DNA from: a bacterium
Lineage (GTDB): Bacteria; SAR324; NAC60-12
Assembly (NCBI GenBank): GCA_965205865.1
Contig: CBDBHR010000030.1
Location: 32,001-96,000 of the forward strand
Direction: 5' to 3'
DNA: 64,000 bases
Part shown: positions 1 through 10,585 of the stretch, one piece after another
Layout of the letters: each line of letters starts with the position of its first letter
How positions within the stretch are numbered: the stretch's first letter is position 1
Notes under the pieces: generated by a model
Told to the model about the DNA's origin: nothing
The model's input: the letters and a program-made list of their open reading frames with translations, nothing else
Database searches by the model: none
Translations under genes and position numbers: made by a program

Positions 1-43
1 TCCCCGTCATTCGATTTGATCCGGCCAACCGCCAGAAAATGCC

Positions 44-1117
44 TTAGAGCGCTTGTAGAGATTTTATGACGTTCTCCGCAATTGTGCGGAAAGCTATTCC
101 GGCAGGCGCATCGCTTTGCCGCGCCATTAAAGGTTCTCCAATATCTCCCCCCCTTCGGATTTCCAATTCGATGGGAATACCTCCCAAAAACGGGACATCC
201 AATCTCTCACTTTCCCTTTGAGCGCCATGAGAACTGAAAATGGGGGTTTCTTTCCGGCAATGGGGACAGAGGAAAAAACTCATGTTCTCCACAATTCCCA
301 AAATGTCGATATCGACTTTGCTGAACATGGTGACGGCTTTTGCCGCATCGAGCAATGCCACGTCCTGAGGAGTGGAAACCACCACCGCGCCCGATATTTC
401 CACGGTCTGTGAAAGCGTCAGTTGCGTGTCCCCGGTCCCGGGGGGCAAATCCAGCACTATGTAATCACCGCCCGGCCATCGGGTGTCGCGCAGCATTTGT
501 TCGATCGCCTGGTGCACCATCGGCCCTCTCCAAATCATGGAAACCGATTCGTCAACCAAGTTGCCAATGGAAAGCGCGCTGATGCCATATTTTTGCAGGG
601 GAATCAACTGGTTCCCCTCGATATCGGGTTTCCTGTTCCTCAAGCCCATCATGATAGGCAGGCTGGGTCCGTAAATATCGGCGTCAAAGAGAGAAACCCG
701 ATTTCCCATCTGTGCCAGAGTGAGGGCTAAATTTACGGCAACCGTGGATTTTCCCACTCCCCCTTTTCCGCTGGCAACGGCAATCACATTGTCATAATTC
801 TGTAAGTAGGCGGTGCGTTGGGGTTGTTGGGCGGGGGGGGTTCGCTCCTGTTTCGGAGCTTCCTCGTCCGCAGGAGACTCTGCCAGAATTTCCACGGCAA
901 CTCGACTGATTTGAGGGATTTCTTTCAGCCTGCCTTCTATTTGCGCGGGAAGGATTTGACGCAAAGCCGAACCTTCTTCCAGAATAATGGTGACTTTGGC
1001 AAAATCGTGATTGACGACACATCCATGCACGATGTTGGCTTCCAGCAAGTTCCTTCCTGAATCGCCATACTGAATTTCGGCAAAAGTCGATGCGAACTGT
1101 TGTTGCAGATCATCCAT
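44..1117 (-). CDS. mrp: Mrp/ApbC (NBP35) Fe-S cluster carrier ATPase
   Basis: Deviant Walker A SGKGGVGKST, DADIYGPS, WRGPM, DLPPGTGD, GIVENMS-CPHC motifs. Confidence 0.95.
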   Translation of the reverse strand: MDDLQQQFASTFAEIQYGDSGRNLLEANIVHGCVVNHDFAKVTIILEEGSALRQILPAQIEGRLKEIPQISRVAVEILAESPADEEAPKQERTPPAQQPQRTAYLQNYDNVIAVASGKGGVGKSTVAVNLALTLAQMGNRVSLFDADIYGPSLPIMMGLRNRKPDIEGNQLIPLQKYGISALSIGNLVDESVSMIWRGPMVHQAIEQMLRDTRWPGGDYIVLDLPPGTGDTQLTLSQTVEISGAVVVSTPQDVALLDAAKAVTMFSKVDIDILGIVENMSFFLCPHCRKETPIFSSHGAQRESERLDVPFLGGIPIELEIRRGGDIGEPLMARQSDAPAGIAFRTIAENVIKSLQAL

Positions 1118-1417
1118 TTTGATCCTCTCAGGATATTGTTTGATCGATCGGGCGGCAACCCTGCCACGATATTGTTTGATCGTTGGGGTGGAAACCCTTG
1201 CTTTTCAGCGAACGATGGCACTCGAAAATATCAAACTATCATCAAATCCTTGGGGCATCAAGCCAATCTTACCAAGCAAAGTACCGCATACTTGTCCGCA
1301 ATCCTTGACTGGCGCGTGAACGAATCGGCTCACCAAGTAAATCGTTGCGGAACTTCCGGAAAAAGCTGGCCCAATGGTCGGGGCGCCGGCGCCTGTTTGG
1401 TCTCCGGGAAAAACGGG

Positions 1418-1939
1418 TTATAGTGGATGTTGCAGAGGAAGGGTCAGTCGCCAGAGCAGATATTTTCTGAGAAGGGCCGAGCATATCAATTGTTGAACCT
1501 GAAAGTTTGAATTGAGGGTTTCGATCACTTCATCGATGTTGTGATACTGCAGGTAATGACGCAGGATGTTCAGGTAGAGGCGATTGGATCGTCTTTCATT
1601 GGGCGCCTCTTTGAATTCCTGATTATTTTCCACGTCATGGATGCGTTGCGCAATGTGGAAAACCAGCACCGGTTTTTCTTCCACTTTGCGGCGAAAGCGG
1701 GCAAACAATTCGTCACTGAATAATTCCACCAGAATTATCGTCAGTTCTTTTTCAAAATCTAGATCGTCTATCCGATAATATTGGCTGATTCGATGGACCA
1801 GATGATCCAACATCCGCCCCTGCACCATGTTGGTCAGGAATTGCACGATAGAACAATCCTGAGATGCTTCGCCAAAGGGACGATTCAATTTTTCCAGACA
1901 AGTGCCCATGGCTCTCGTGTAGGGGTTCAACTCTGTCAT
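1418..1939 (-). CDS. hypothetical protein
   Basis: 173-aa ORF with GGAAG RBS-like sequence, between mrp and fmt; no recognised motif. Confidence 0.65.
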   Translation of the reverse strand: MTELNPYTRAMGTCLEKLNRPFGEASQDCSIVQFLTNMVQGRMLDHLVHRISQYYRIDDLDFEKELTIILVELFSDELFARFRRKVEEKPVLVFHIAQRIHDVENNQEFKEAPNERRSNRLYLNILRHYLQYHNIDEVIETLNSNFQVQQLICSALLRKYLLWRLTLPLQHPL

Positions 1940-2147
1940 TGCTTCCTGGATTCGACTGAATTGGATAACTGAAAATAGGGCGCATTTTGATTAAATATCT
2001 ATTTGGACAGTATGAAATGCGTGAAGATTCTTTCAAGGAGACTTTTCTTTGCCTACAGTCCCATACAACCCTACAGGCTATAAACTTTACGGGGGAATAT
2101 TCAAGCTGTTCTTATTGACGCGCCGTAAAAAAGTAAAAACGTTTCCT

Positions 2148-3077
2148 TTATGGTCCCAGGTGAGTCCCAAGCAAGTGCGGAGATCCTCTTAGAAATTCTT
2201 CCGCCTTCATCTCTTTTTTACCCTCGGGTTTGAGAGTCAGCACCCGCACTGCGTCTTGTGCCGTTCCCACTACAAATCCTGGTTTCACAAGGCCAGCGGG
2301 GAGGGAGGCGCCGGCGACGATTTCCAATTGGCTGATTTGCAATCTGCGACCCTCCGCGTCGAAAGTAAAAAGGCCAGGCCATGTTGTGAATGCGCGCAAT
2401 TTACGTTCCAACTCGATCGCCGTTTCGCAGCCCCAATGCGCGCACCCTTCTTCTTTTTTGATGGTCCTGCAAAAAGTGGCGGTAGCTTCATCCTGCTCCC
2501 GCATGGTATGAGTTTGATCAAAGAGATCGGACAAAGCGTCCCCCAGCAATTTTGCGGAAAGCAGACTCAGCCTGTTGGCCAAAGAGACGTATGTGTCCAT
2601 GGCGAGAATCCTTTCTTTGCGGGATACGGCAATAACGGGTCCCGCATCCAGTTTCAAGACCACTTTTTGCAAGGTAACTCCTGTCTCTTGATCTCCTGCC
2701 CGAATGGCGGCTTGTACGGGGCTCGCTCCTCGCCAGCGGGGAAGAAAAGAAAAATGAAGATTGAAACAGCCCTTGGTTGGAATGTCCAACAAAGCTTGTG
2801 GTAAAATTTGTCCGTAGGCGCAAACAATGATCAAATCCGGCGCCATTCGCTTCAATTCATCGAGAACCTCCGGATTTTTTATGGCCTCCGGGGTCTTCAG
2901 GGGAATGCCTGCCTGCAGGGTATGGACTTTTACGGGAGAGGGGGTGAGCTTTTTACGGCGCCCTCCCGGACGGTCCGGTTGGCTGTAAATGCTCCGCAGG
3001 GAACAGTCCGGAAAATCGATCAGGGTCTGAAGCGCGGGAATCGCCTCTTGTGGGGTTCCCATGAAAACCACGTTCAT
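2148..3077 (-). CDS. fmt: methionyl-tRNA formyltransferase
   Basis: VFMGTP, QPDRP, AYGQIL, NLHFSFLPRWRGASP, LDAG motifs. Confidence 0.97.
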   Translation of the reverse strand: MNVVFMGTPQEAIPALQTLIDFPDCSLRSIYSQPDRPGGRRKKLTPSPVKVHTLQAGIPLKTPEAIKNPEVLDELKRMAPDLIIVCAYGQILPQALLDIPTKGCFNLHFSFLPRWRGASPVQAAIRAGDQETGVTLQKVVLKLDAGPVIAVSRKERILAMDTYVSLANRLSLLSAKLLGDALSDLFDQTHTMREQDEATATFCRTIKKEEGCAHWGCETAIELERKLRAFTTWPGLFTFDAEGRRLQISQLEIVAGASLPAGLVKPGFVVGTAQDAVRVLTLKPEGKKEMKAEEFLRGSPHLLGTHLGP

Positions 3078-3228
3078 TTCATAACCTTTTTTCGCATTAT
3101 TGTTTTCAGTCCCAGCTTATGATATATTTCACTCTTTTAGCAACATTTATTCAGGGGCTCGAGCCGGAGGAAGACGTTCCTGCCGGGCCTCGTGAAAACA
3201 GGTTTATATTGCTCATATCCGGGAACTC

Positions 3229-4593
3229 ATGACCACCGCCAAACCATCAATCCCTTCATCGAGGAAAGTCAACGTTCAGACCTTTGGCTGTCAGATGAAT
3301 GAATACGACACCGATAAGATGCTGGAAGTCCTGCAGCGGGAAAATTACGTTTACACGGACAATCACAAGGAGGCGGACTTGATCATCTTGAATACCTGCT
3401 CGGTGCGTGAAAAAGCGGAACAGAAAGTCTACAGCCTGCTGGGAAGACTTCAGCCCTTGAAAAAGAAGAATCCGCAATTGATCATAGCAGTGGGGGGATG
3501 CGTGGCTCAACAGGAAGGGGAAAAAATTCTGCAACGGGCCCGCAACGTGGACATGGTCTTTGGAACCGACAACCTCTTCGATCTGCCGGAGTTGCTGCAA
3601 GCAGTGCGGCAGGGACAACGGATAGCGCAAACCGAGCGTAAAGCCTATAAACAAAAAGTTCGAAATTTTATCCCGGATTTTACTTTCCAAAATGTCTCGC
3701 ACCCTGCAGTGAAAGCGTATATTGCCATTACCAAAGGCTGCAATAATTTCTGCAGTTTTTGTATTGTTCCCCTCACTCGAGGTTTGGAAGTGAGCCGGAA
3801 ACCGGAGAATATTTTCCGGGAAGCCGCTCATTTGGTGAGTCGGGGAACGAAAGAAATTTGCCTGCTGGGACAGAACGTCAACTCCTACAAAGCAGAAGGG
3901 TCAGCAGGCGAAGTGGTGGATTTTGTGGAACTGCTTCGTCGCTTGAATGACGTTGCAGGTTTGGAACGCATTCGTTTCACCTCCCCGCATCCCAAGGATT
4001 TCAACGCCTCCCTGGCAGTGGCCTTACGCGACCTGGATGCAGTCTGCGAGCAACTTCACTTGCCCTTGCAGGCCGGTTCGGACCATATTCTCCGGCGCAT
4101 GAATAGGCGTTATACCCTCGATGATTATATGGAAAAAGTGCGGCTCTTGCGCAGTCACCTGCCACAGGCTACCCTTTCCACCGACTTGATTGCCGGATTT
4201 CCAGGAGAATCAGAAGCCGATTTTGAAAAAACGATGCAAGCCCTGGAAGCCATTCGCTTTGACCAGATCTATGCTTTCAAATATTCCCCACGACCTGGCA
4301 CGCCTGCCGCCGCTTACGCGGACCAACTCGAAGAAACGGTCAAGAATGAACGCCTGGGACGTCTCTTGAAAGCTCAAGAGTCCATTCTGGCGGAAAAACA
4401 CGCAGAGATGATGGGTCGGGAATTGGAAGTGTTGGTGGAAGGCGTTTATCCCAGAGAACCCCGTTCACGTTCAGGTCGTTCCCGAGGCCATCATCCGGTA
4501 GTGATTGCGGAAAGCGAAGCGCAAGTTGGCGATTTGCTGACGGTCCGGGTCACGGGCGCTAAAAAATATTCTCTTGAAGCGGAAGTTTGCTGA
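3229..4593 (+). CDS. miaB: tRNA-2-methylthio-N6-dimethylallyladenosine synthase
   Basis: TFGCQMN, NTCSVREKAE, radical SAM CNNFCSFC, RFTSPHP, C-terminal TRAM domain. Confidence 0.97.
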   Translation: MTTAKPSIPSSRKVNVQTFGCQMNEYDTDKMLEVLQRENYVYTDNHKEADLIILNTCSVREKAEQKVYSLLGRLQPLKKKNPQLIIAVGGCVAQQEGEKILQRARNVDMVFGTDNLFDLPELLQAVRQGQRIAQTERKAYKQKVRNFIPDFTFQNVSHPAVKAYIAITKGCNNFCSFCIVPLTRGLEVSRKPENIFREAAHLVSRGTKEICLLGQNVNSYKAEGSAGEVVDFVELLRRLNDVAGLERIRFTSPHPKDFNASLAVALRDLDAVCEQLHLPLQAGSDHILRRMNRRYTLDDYMEKVRLLRSHLPQATLSTDLIAGFPGESEADFEKTMQALEAIRFDQIYAFKYSPRPGTPAAAYADQLEETVKNERLGRLLKAQESILAEKHAEMMGRELEVLVEGVYPREPRSRSGRSRGHHPVVIAESEAQVGDLLTVRVTGAKKYSLEAEVC

Positions 4594-4609
4594 AGATGGC
4601 TTGCCCTTC

Positions 4610-5548
4610 TTACCAGCTTTTATCGTTGGCAGGCGGAATCTGTTTTTGACGGTTGAGAAGACGTTGAATGAATTGGCGACGGTCTTCTGAAATCGAGTTG
4701 AGCAGTTGTTCCGCCTGCTGACGGGTCAAAGCGGCCCGCATGGCGTCTTGTTCCTCCTCCTCACCGTTGCCTTGCGCAGTTGCGAGTGATTGCTCTTCCG
4801 GGGAATCATCGCTGTCCGGGTGTTGGTCTTTTTGCGGATTTGATTCTTGCCGGGAAACCTCCTGCGTATTTTGATTTGAATTCTCTTCCTCCGCTGACGT
4901 TTCCGTCGGAGGACGGTCCGGGTCGGATTCGAGTTGCTGTTCTGAAGCGCCGGGAGATTGTTGAGAATCAGTTTGTTCGTGGTTATCGTCGGAGTTGCCT
5001 CGAGGTTGTTGTTGCCGTTGCTGCTCTTGCTGTTGTTGCTGCTGAGCAAGCAATTGGATCAACGCCAGGTTGTGTTGGGTATCGGCATCTTGCGGTTCCA
5101 GACGCAGGGTTTCCTTGTACTGGGCAATAGCGTTTTCAAATTGGCGCTGACAGGCATAGACGTTTCCCAACTGGTGATAAATACGGGCCACCCTCTCTTT
5201 TTTCCGTTCAAAACTCAATGCTTGAAATAATGATTTTTCAGCCTCCTCCCATTGCTGCAAACGAGCAAACAAAATGCCCAGCTTGTACTCTACTTCCGCG
5301 TTGCGGGGAGACTCGTTTCTTGCTTGCAAATACTCTTCGAGGCGTTCTTGGTAGAGTTTCGCTCCGGAGGATTGCCGCTCCGGAGGGACGCAAGTCCGCA
5401 AAGGATCCTCTGCCGCCGCTTGATCGGAAACTGAAAGATTCGGAGCGCCTGGAGAGGGGGCTTGGGAATGGGATTGGGCCCTGGCAGTCGTAGAAAAGAG
5501 AAAAAAAAGGACAACCCCTCCAATTAACCATCTAGACCAACGCTTCAT
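4610..5548 (-). CDS. exported TPR protein with Q/E-rich tail (BatC-like)
   Basis: Signal peptide MKRWSRWLIGG..., TPR helices, poly-Q, C-terminal ..DKSW. The longer ORF call to 5674 runs through a repeat insertion. Confidence 0.75.
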   Translation of the reverse strand: MKRWSRWLIGGVVLFFLFSTTARAQSHSQAPSPGAPNLSVSDQAAAEDPLRTCVPPERQSSGAKLYQERLEEYLQARNESPRNAEVEYKLGILFARLQQWEEAEKSLFQALSFERKKERVARIYHQLGNVYACQRQFENAIAQYKETLRLEPQDADTQHNLALIQLLAQQQQQQEQQRQQQPRGNSDDNHEQTDSQQSPGASEQQLESDPDRPPTETSAEEENSNQNTQEVSRQESNPQKDQHPDSDDSPEEQSLATAQGNGEEEEQDAMRAALTRQQAEQLLNSISEDRRQFIQRLLNRQKQIPPANDKSW

Positions 5549-5579
5549 AACTGATGTTACGTACACGGATTTTGCAGTT

Positions 5580-5685
5580 ATGCGTCTCATCGAGTTGTCA
5601 TTCCTGGCGAAGATCAGGAATCCACTTTGCTGGCGATTCAAGTTGTCATTCCTGGCGAAGACCAGGAATGACACGCTTGTGGGGA
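5580..5685. repeat. solo copy of the GTCATTCCTGGCGAAGACCAGGAAT palindromic repeat family
   Basis: Two ATTCCTGG-cgaaga-CCAGGAAT-type hairpins matching the units at 26.5-27.8 kb and 32.1-33.0 kb. Confidence 0.9.
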
Positions 5686-5767
5686 AGCGTATTCATGGAA
5701 ACCGCTGAATGCAAAAAATATACGCGTAACATGACTTCATAACTCAATACGGAGAAAAAAACTTTTT

Positions 5768-6607
5768 TCAGGCAATTAAGCTGTAGCTACCCAATACCTT
5801 GCACTTGAAACGAGAGTCTTGCAGCACCTCCAGACACTGGTAGGAGTATTGATTGTTGGTAAAGTCGACATAGAATTCGTAAAACCATGGCGTTTCTTTC
5901 GACGGCCTTGATTCCAACCGGCAGAGATTGATTTTAAATATATTGAAGATGCTGAGCAATTCGTACAACAAGCCTGCCCGGTCTTCCTTTAACTCGATGA
6001 ATAAAGATGTTTTTTGCCGGCTGAAGTCGATATTTGATTCGTTATTCCGGCTTTCAACCACCAGAAAGCGGGTTGTATTGCTCTTGTAGTCCTGAATGTC
6101 TTTTTCGAAAAGATATTCCGGATATTTTTCAGCAAACGTCACGGGCACGATGGCGGCAACCAATTGCTTCTTGCGTACGGATTCAAAAAAACGCATCCCG
6201 GAATCAACGTTGCTGTTGCTGAATACCACCTTGGATTGTGGGAAATGTTGGGCCGTAAATTTGCTGGTTTGCTCAATGGTCTGGGGATGGGCGTAGTGAG
6301 TACTGATCCCATCCAAGGGTCCATGAGCCAAAAGAGAATAGCGAACTGGTAGTTTGATTTCGGCGACAACGTTCAAGTTGTCACTGACCAATATATCTTG
6401 CACCTGAGCCACCATGCCGGCTACGGAATTTTCAATGGGAACTACGGCAACGGCTCCGGGTACTTTGGAAAGCATGAACAGCGCTTCCGCGAAAGTATGC
6501 GTGTAAGTTATCACGGAAGACGCGGAACAAATCTTTTGCGCCGCGTCGTCACTGAAAGTACCCGCAGGACCCAGCGTCAATATGGAAGGAAAATTGAATT
6601 CGGGCAT
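5768..6607 (-). CDS. pheA: prephenate dehydratase (with ACT domain)
   Basis: LGPAGTFS, VPIENS, NTTRF, ESRP motifs. Confidence 0.93.
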   Translation of the reverse strand: MPEFNFPSILTLGPAGTFSDDAAQKICSASSVITYTHTFAEALFMLSKVPGAVAVVPIENSVAGMVAQVQDILVSDNLNVVAEIKLPVRYSLLAHGPLDGISTHYAHPQTIEQTSKFTAQHFPQSKVVFSNSNVDSGMRFFESVRKKQLVAAIVPVTFAEKYPEYLFEKDIQDYKSNTTRFLVVESRNNESNIDFSRQKTSLFIELKEDRAGLLYELLSIFNIFKINLCRLESRPSKETPWFYEFYVDFTNNQYSYQCLEVLQDSRFKCKVLGSYSLIA

Positions 6608-6646
6608 GTCCGCAATCTTGGAGACGCAAACCGTTTCAAGGAAACC

Positions 6647-6838
6647 TCAAGTCGCGACCAGAGTTTTTCCCGAACGAATGCACTGGGTGCAGACGCGCAT
6701 CTTTTTACGACCGCCTCCCCTGGACATCCGGATGGTTTGCAAATTGGGCAACCAGCGCCGCCTTGTCTTATTGTGAGCATGACTGACGTTGTTGCCCACC
6801 ATTGGCTTTTTACCACAAATTTCACACTTCATCGACAT
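6647..6838 (-). CDS. rpmB: 50S ribosomal protein L28
   Basis: [26 protein letters not shown]...VCTQC. Confidence 0.97.
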   Translation of the reverse strand: MSMKCEICGKKPMVGNNVSHAHNKTRRRWLPNLQTIRMSRGGGRKKMRVCTQCIRSGKTLVAT

Positions 6839-7104
6839 GCCGGCCTCCCTTGGAGGATGATCAGAACGTTGTACATTTCAAGCTTGGGAATAAGCGCATA
6901 CAGGAATAATAAAAATTAAACGTCCTTTATAGCAGTAAAAATCGCGGAGGCCAATTCATTTTTTCAACGGCGTTGACTATTTGCCGGCTCCTGATTGTTG
7001 GCGAAGGTCAAGGAAGATACGATCTGCTCTTGGCGCCTTTGTGTTCTTTTTGCCAAAAAAAAAGGGATGCTGAGAACCATTTTCAGCGAATATTTTATTT
7101 GTCC

Positions 7105-7258
7105 GCAACTATTCAGGTCTCTTCAGAGACCCCTTCGATTTTGGCACGGATTTTCCATTTAAATATCGTGGGAAAACGTGAAAAAGATGGATCCTCCCCG
7201 GGAATCTTTTTTCAACGTTATTTAATCAATCGGGTTCTTAAGAGACCTGAATAGTTAC
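7105..7258. mobile_element. MITE derived from the IS66-family element at 48812-52456
   Basis: Ends GCAACTATTCAGG...CCTGAATAGTTAC; left part resembles the IS66 left end and right part its right end; no ORF. Confidence 0.8.
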
Positions 7259-7264
7259 AATATG

Positions 7265-7701
7265 TCTTCGGATTTTATGATTTCCTCGTATTGAAAGTCG
7301 TTCGCGACATCCAATTACAACCTTATCTTGGACTGGGGGCGGGTTATACCAATTACAGACTGAAGGACTTCGTTCAACGGTTTCCAGACCCCGATGCTCA
7401 TAAATCTTTGCGCCGGGGTCCCAATGGAGAAATCCCCTATACCGGTCTGCCCCAGGGAAGTGGACAGGAGTTTACATACATGTTTAGCACTGGCATGCTC
7501 ATACCGGTTACGGATCGTATGAAACTCGACTTGAGCTATCGTTATACGGATGCGGGAGAGATAAGAACCGACATTGGTGACATCACCATTGTACGATACG
7601 GGGAGGATGGCAGCCGCAGGGAAATCCCGGTTAAGATCGACGAAACTGTGGCTGACTTCAAAACCCACGCCTTGCTGGTGACACTCAGGTACGATTTCTA
7701 G
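7265..7701 (+). pseudogene. 5'-truncated outer-membrane beta-barrel (Opa/OmpW-like 8-strand) gene
   Basis: PYLGLGAGY, LDLSYRY and terminal LRYDF aromatic signature; no N-terminus; paralog of 30057-30595. Confidence 0.75.
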
Positions 7702-7824
7702 TATTTTATAGTCGAGACTGATAAAATTCAGGCTCATGATTATGGGGAACCGTTTTGCCCCCAGTGAGAATTGAACCCACGTGGCGCCAGCGTTTACTGG
7801 CAAGCGGAGGAAAGGCAATTCTCG

Positions 7825-8128
7825 CTGTAGCGCTCTCCGGCTAAGTGTGTCACTTCCTCTTGCAGTATTTCCTCGACTGCCATCAGTCCTCGAGGAATCA
7901 ACTGTTGAATCAACGTTAAGCGGGTGGAAAACTCAAAATCGCCCTGCGCTGATTCTTTATACGCCTCCACGCGATCTTTCGCATTGCTTCTTTCTCGGGT
8001 TTTGCTTACCTTTTTTTTCATACGACCTCCGTTCGTTGGGTTGGGTTCGGTTTTGTGGGGTAAATAAAACCACAACATAACGAATGGAAGGTCATCTTTC
8101 GATTTTCAACTAATTTCAGGACATTTCC
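7825..8128 (-). mobile_element. IS256-family remnant (left end plus transposase N-terminus)
   Basis: End GGAAATGTCCTGAAATTAGTTGAAAA; LIQQLIPRGLMAVEEILQEEVTHLAGERYS resembles IS256 N-termini. Confidence 0.65.
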
Positions 8129-8145
8129 TGAAGGAGACATTATGA

Positions 8146-9897
8146 CCCAAATTGAGCGATTCTAAAAAAGGATCAGATTTTCAAGATGATTTTTTTGCCT
8201 GAGAAAGGCAATCATTCTGAAATCAGATTTTGATCATCAAATCCATGGATGTTTGAGTGAGAATGAGCATCAAAATGCTGTTTTCAGATGTGGAAGGTCT
8301 TCATTTCTCATGTTTTGGACGCACTTATCCCCTTAAACTTTAATGTTTTTGTTTTTTAATTGAAGCGAAACCCGTTGATCAGATTGGCGCCAATGCGTGC
8401 TGGCAGGTGGCAAATAGTTGGTCCAATTGCAAGCGCTCAAAGGTCTTTTTTGGTATTTTCAAGATCAGTTTTCCGGCATGACGAACCAGTTTGCCTGCCG
8501 TATCAAGAAACTGGCGCCGGAAGGTATCAGCATACATCGTTACCGCAATCACTGGCTTGCTGACATCTTCTTTGAAGGATTCGAAGAGGTTATTGCCAAG
8601 CAGCATCAGATAGTACCATGCGGTATTGGAAATGAAGTCCTTGAAGGGAAGTTGTTGATGACCAAAGTTTTTCAGCGCCCGGTTGGCCAGTTCATCCTTT
8701 CCCCGTCCGTGGTACGAGCCAAGGATGCTATGAGCATCGATGCGCTTTTCTTCAGCGGCTTGGCTGAGTTGGCCATCAATGGCCTCTCCCATACCAAGGT
8801 TCGTAATGATCACGCCATCATGATCCAAACCCGGCAAAGAGAGTTGGCTATCGTGTTCAATCAAGCGGCTGTAGATCGTGCGACGAGCCTTCTTCCATGT
8901 CCCCTGCTGGCTCTTAAACTCGGTGTACTGCCAGATCTCCTTCTTGCCCGATGAAGTGAAGGTCTGCCAGTCAGTGGCTTCTTCCGCAGCATTCCTCACA
9001 TTGGCATAGGACTTTCCTCCGCTTCAGCTAACCGATGTTCAGTCGTTCACAGGTTTCAAAGATTTTTTCGTCAAAAAAACCGGTGTCCATGCGCACCATG
9101 ATTGGTACATCATCTCGGTATTGGCGGCGAATCCTTTTCACGATATGAACCAGCATATTCTGAACAGTTTTCCCGTGATTCGAATGTTTGCTACCTCCGC
9201 GAAAAACTGCGTCAACCATATAACGACCCCAATTCATCTGCAGGGGATGAAATCCTTTGACCATCTTGTAAGTCGGCTGGACACCATGGCGTTTCAGGGC
9301 ATCATCATTATCAAGTACCATCGAATCCAGACCCAACACAATCACCGTTGGACAAGTCTTCTTCAGTCTCCAGATAAACAGTATCTGCAGCAGATGACGA
9401 AACAGGTAGACTCGTACAAAAGAGAACTTTCCAAAAAATCTTTTCACGGCATGCGAGGAGGCAAGGTCTTGCTCACTGCATGACAGCAAGGCGGCATAAC
9501 CCTCGCCCCTTTTGAGGTGATCGAACCAACTGAGATGACGGCTGCTGCCGTCCATGAAAAAACAGAGGATCTGCGCAAAAAAATCAGAGACAGCAATTCC
9601 TTTTTTATTTTTACGCATCGAACCAAACAACCTTTCGATGATCGGCATCAGCCGAATGCTTTGCAGATACTGGGCAAACAAGGCCAATCCGGCACGACTT
9701 GTCAAGTGTTCATCGGTTGGCTGAATGGCATCAATTATCTGTTTCTTTTTATCCTGAACTGTTATATTTTTTCCCATAAAGCTCTCTACCTGTTGGGTTG
9801 TGTTAGATTTTGTGAATTTTTTTATTTTAACCACTGAAATATAACACATTTTTCCCAAGGTTGGGAGCTTTTTTTATTACGAATCGCTCAACTTAGG
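8146..9897 (-). mobile_element. IS1380-family element, copy 1 (transposase split into 9028-9858 and 8379-8999)
   Basis: 17-bp imperfect IRs CCCAAATTGAGCGATTC/GAATCGCTCAACTTAGG, imperfect 5-bp TSD TATGA/TTTGA; LTSRAGL, GFHPL, VRMDTGF, YHGRG..E motifs. Confidence 0.92.
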
Positions 9898-9898
9898 T

Positions 9899-10153
9899 TT
9901 GAATAACAATGAAATAATTCAAGAGCAAGTACATCAAAATTATGAGTTTTTTAAAACGCAACTACCTCGATTAATGAAAGAACACGAAGGAGAGTTTGCT
10001 GTTATTCGTAATCAAAAGATCATTCAATATTTCCCCAATTTAGAGGATGCTTATTGGTTCAGTAGAAAAGAATATCCGGATCGGATTTTTTCAATCCAAG
10101 AGGTTAAAGACAGACCAATAAATTTAAGGAATATTGGTCATGTCATATCTTGA
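9899..10153 (+). CDS. small DUF5678-like protein; original ATG and RBS separated from it by IS1380
   Basis: NYEFFKTQLPRLMKEHEGEFAVIRNQKII pattern; AAGGAG..ATGA lies on the far side of the IS at 8131-8145. Confidence 0.6.
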   Translation: MNNNEIIQEQVHQNYEFFKTQLPRLMKEHEGEFAVIRNQKIIQYFPNLEDAYWFSRKEYPDRIFSIQEVKDRPINLRNIGHVIS

Positions 10154-10202
10154 GATCCCACTAAAGAACAAACCTTAAATAACCTGTAATTCTTCCAATG
10201 GT

Positions 10203-10456
10203 GTGAGCAAAATTGGGGGACATGTACACTGCCGCGCATCCCAACTCTACTGTTTTATGCCTGCTGTTACGTGTCCCCTAATTTTGAGCAAAATTGGGGG
10301 ACATGTACACTGCTGCGCATCCCAACTCTACTGTTTTATGCCTGCTGTTACGTGTCCCCTAATTTTCAATGGTGTGAGCAAAATTGGGGGACATGTACAC
10401 TGCTGCGCATCCCAACTCTACTGTTTTATGCCTGCTGTTACGTGTCCCCTAATTTT
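10203..10456. repeat. three tandem ~80-bp hairpin units AAATTGGGGGACATGTA...TACGTGTCCCCTAATTT
   Basis: Near-identical units with 17-bp terminal inverted repeats; nine copies in the window. Confidence 0.92.
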
Positions 10457-10585
10457 GCGTATCCATACTTCTGACTTATTTAAATTTCATTCCTAAATGT
10501 CAGACTGAGACACTACCTCTTTTCTTCAGTTGACTACCTTCCCGGTATGAAGTCCGTACAATTTCGAAGACAATTTAATACTTGA

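Noticed and set aside
5549-5674. N-terminal extension of the TPR protein
   Set aside because: It is the translation of an inserted repeat; the signal peptide starts at 5548.
7755-7800. Possible IS21-like terminal repeat (CCAGTGAGAATTGAACCC)
   Set aside because: Only a short single end with no partner or ORF; too weak to call.
10203-10456. CRISPR array or the 95-97-aa ORFs MSKIGGHVHC...
   Set aside because: The units are wholly identical with no spacers; the ORFs are translations of the repeat.
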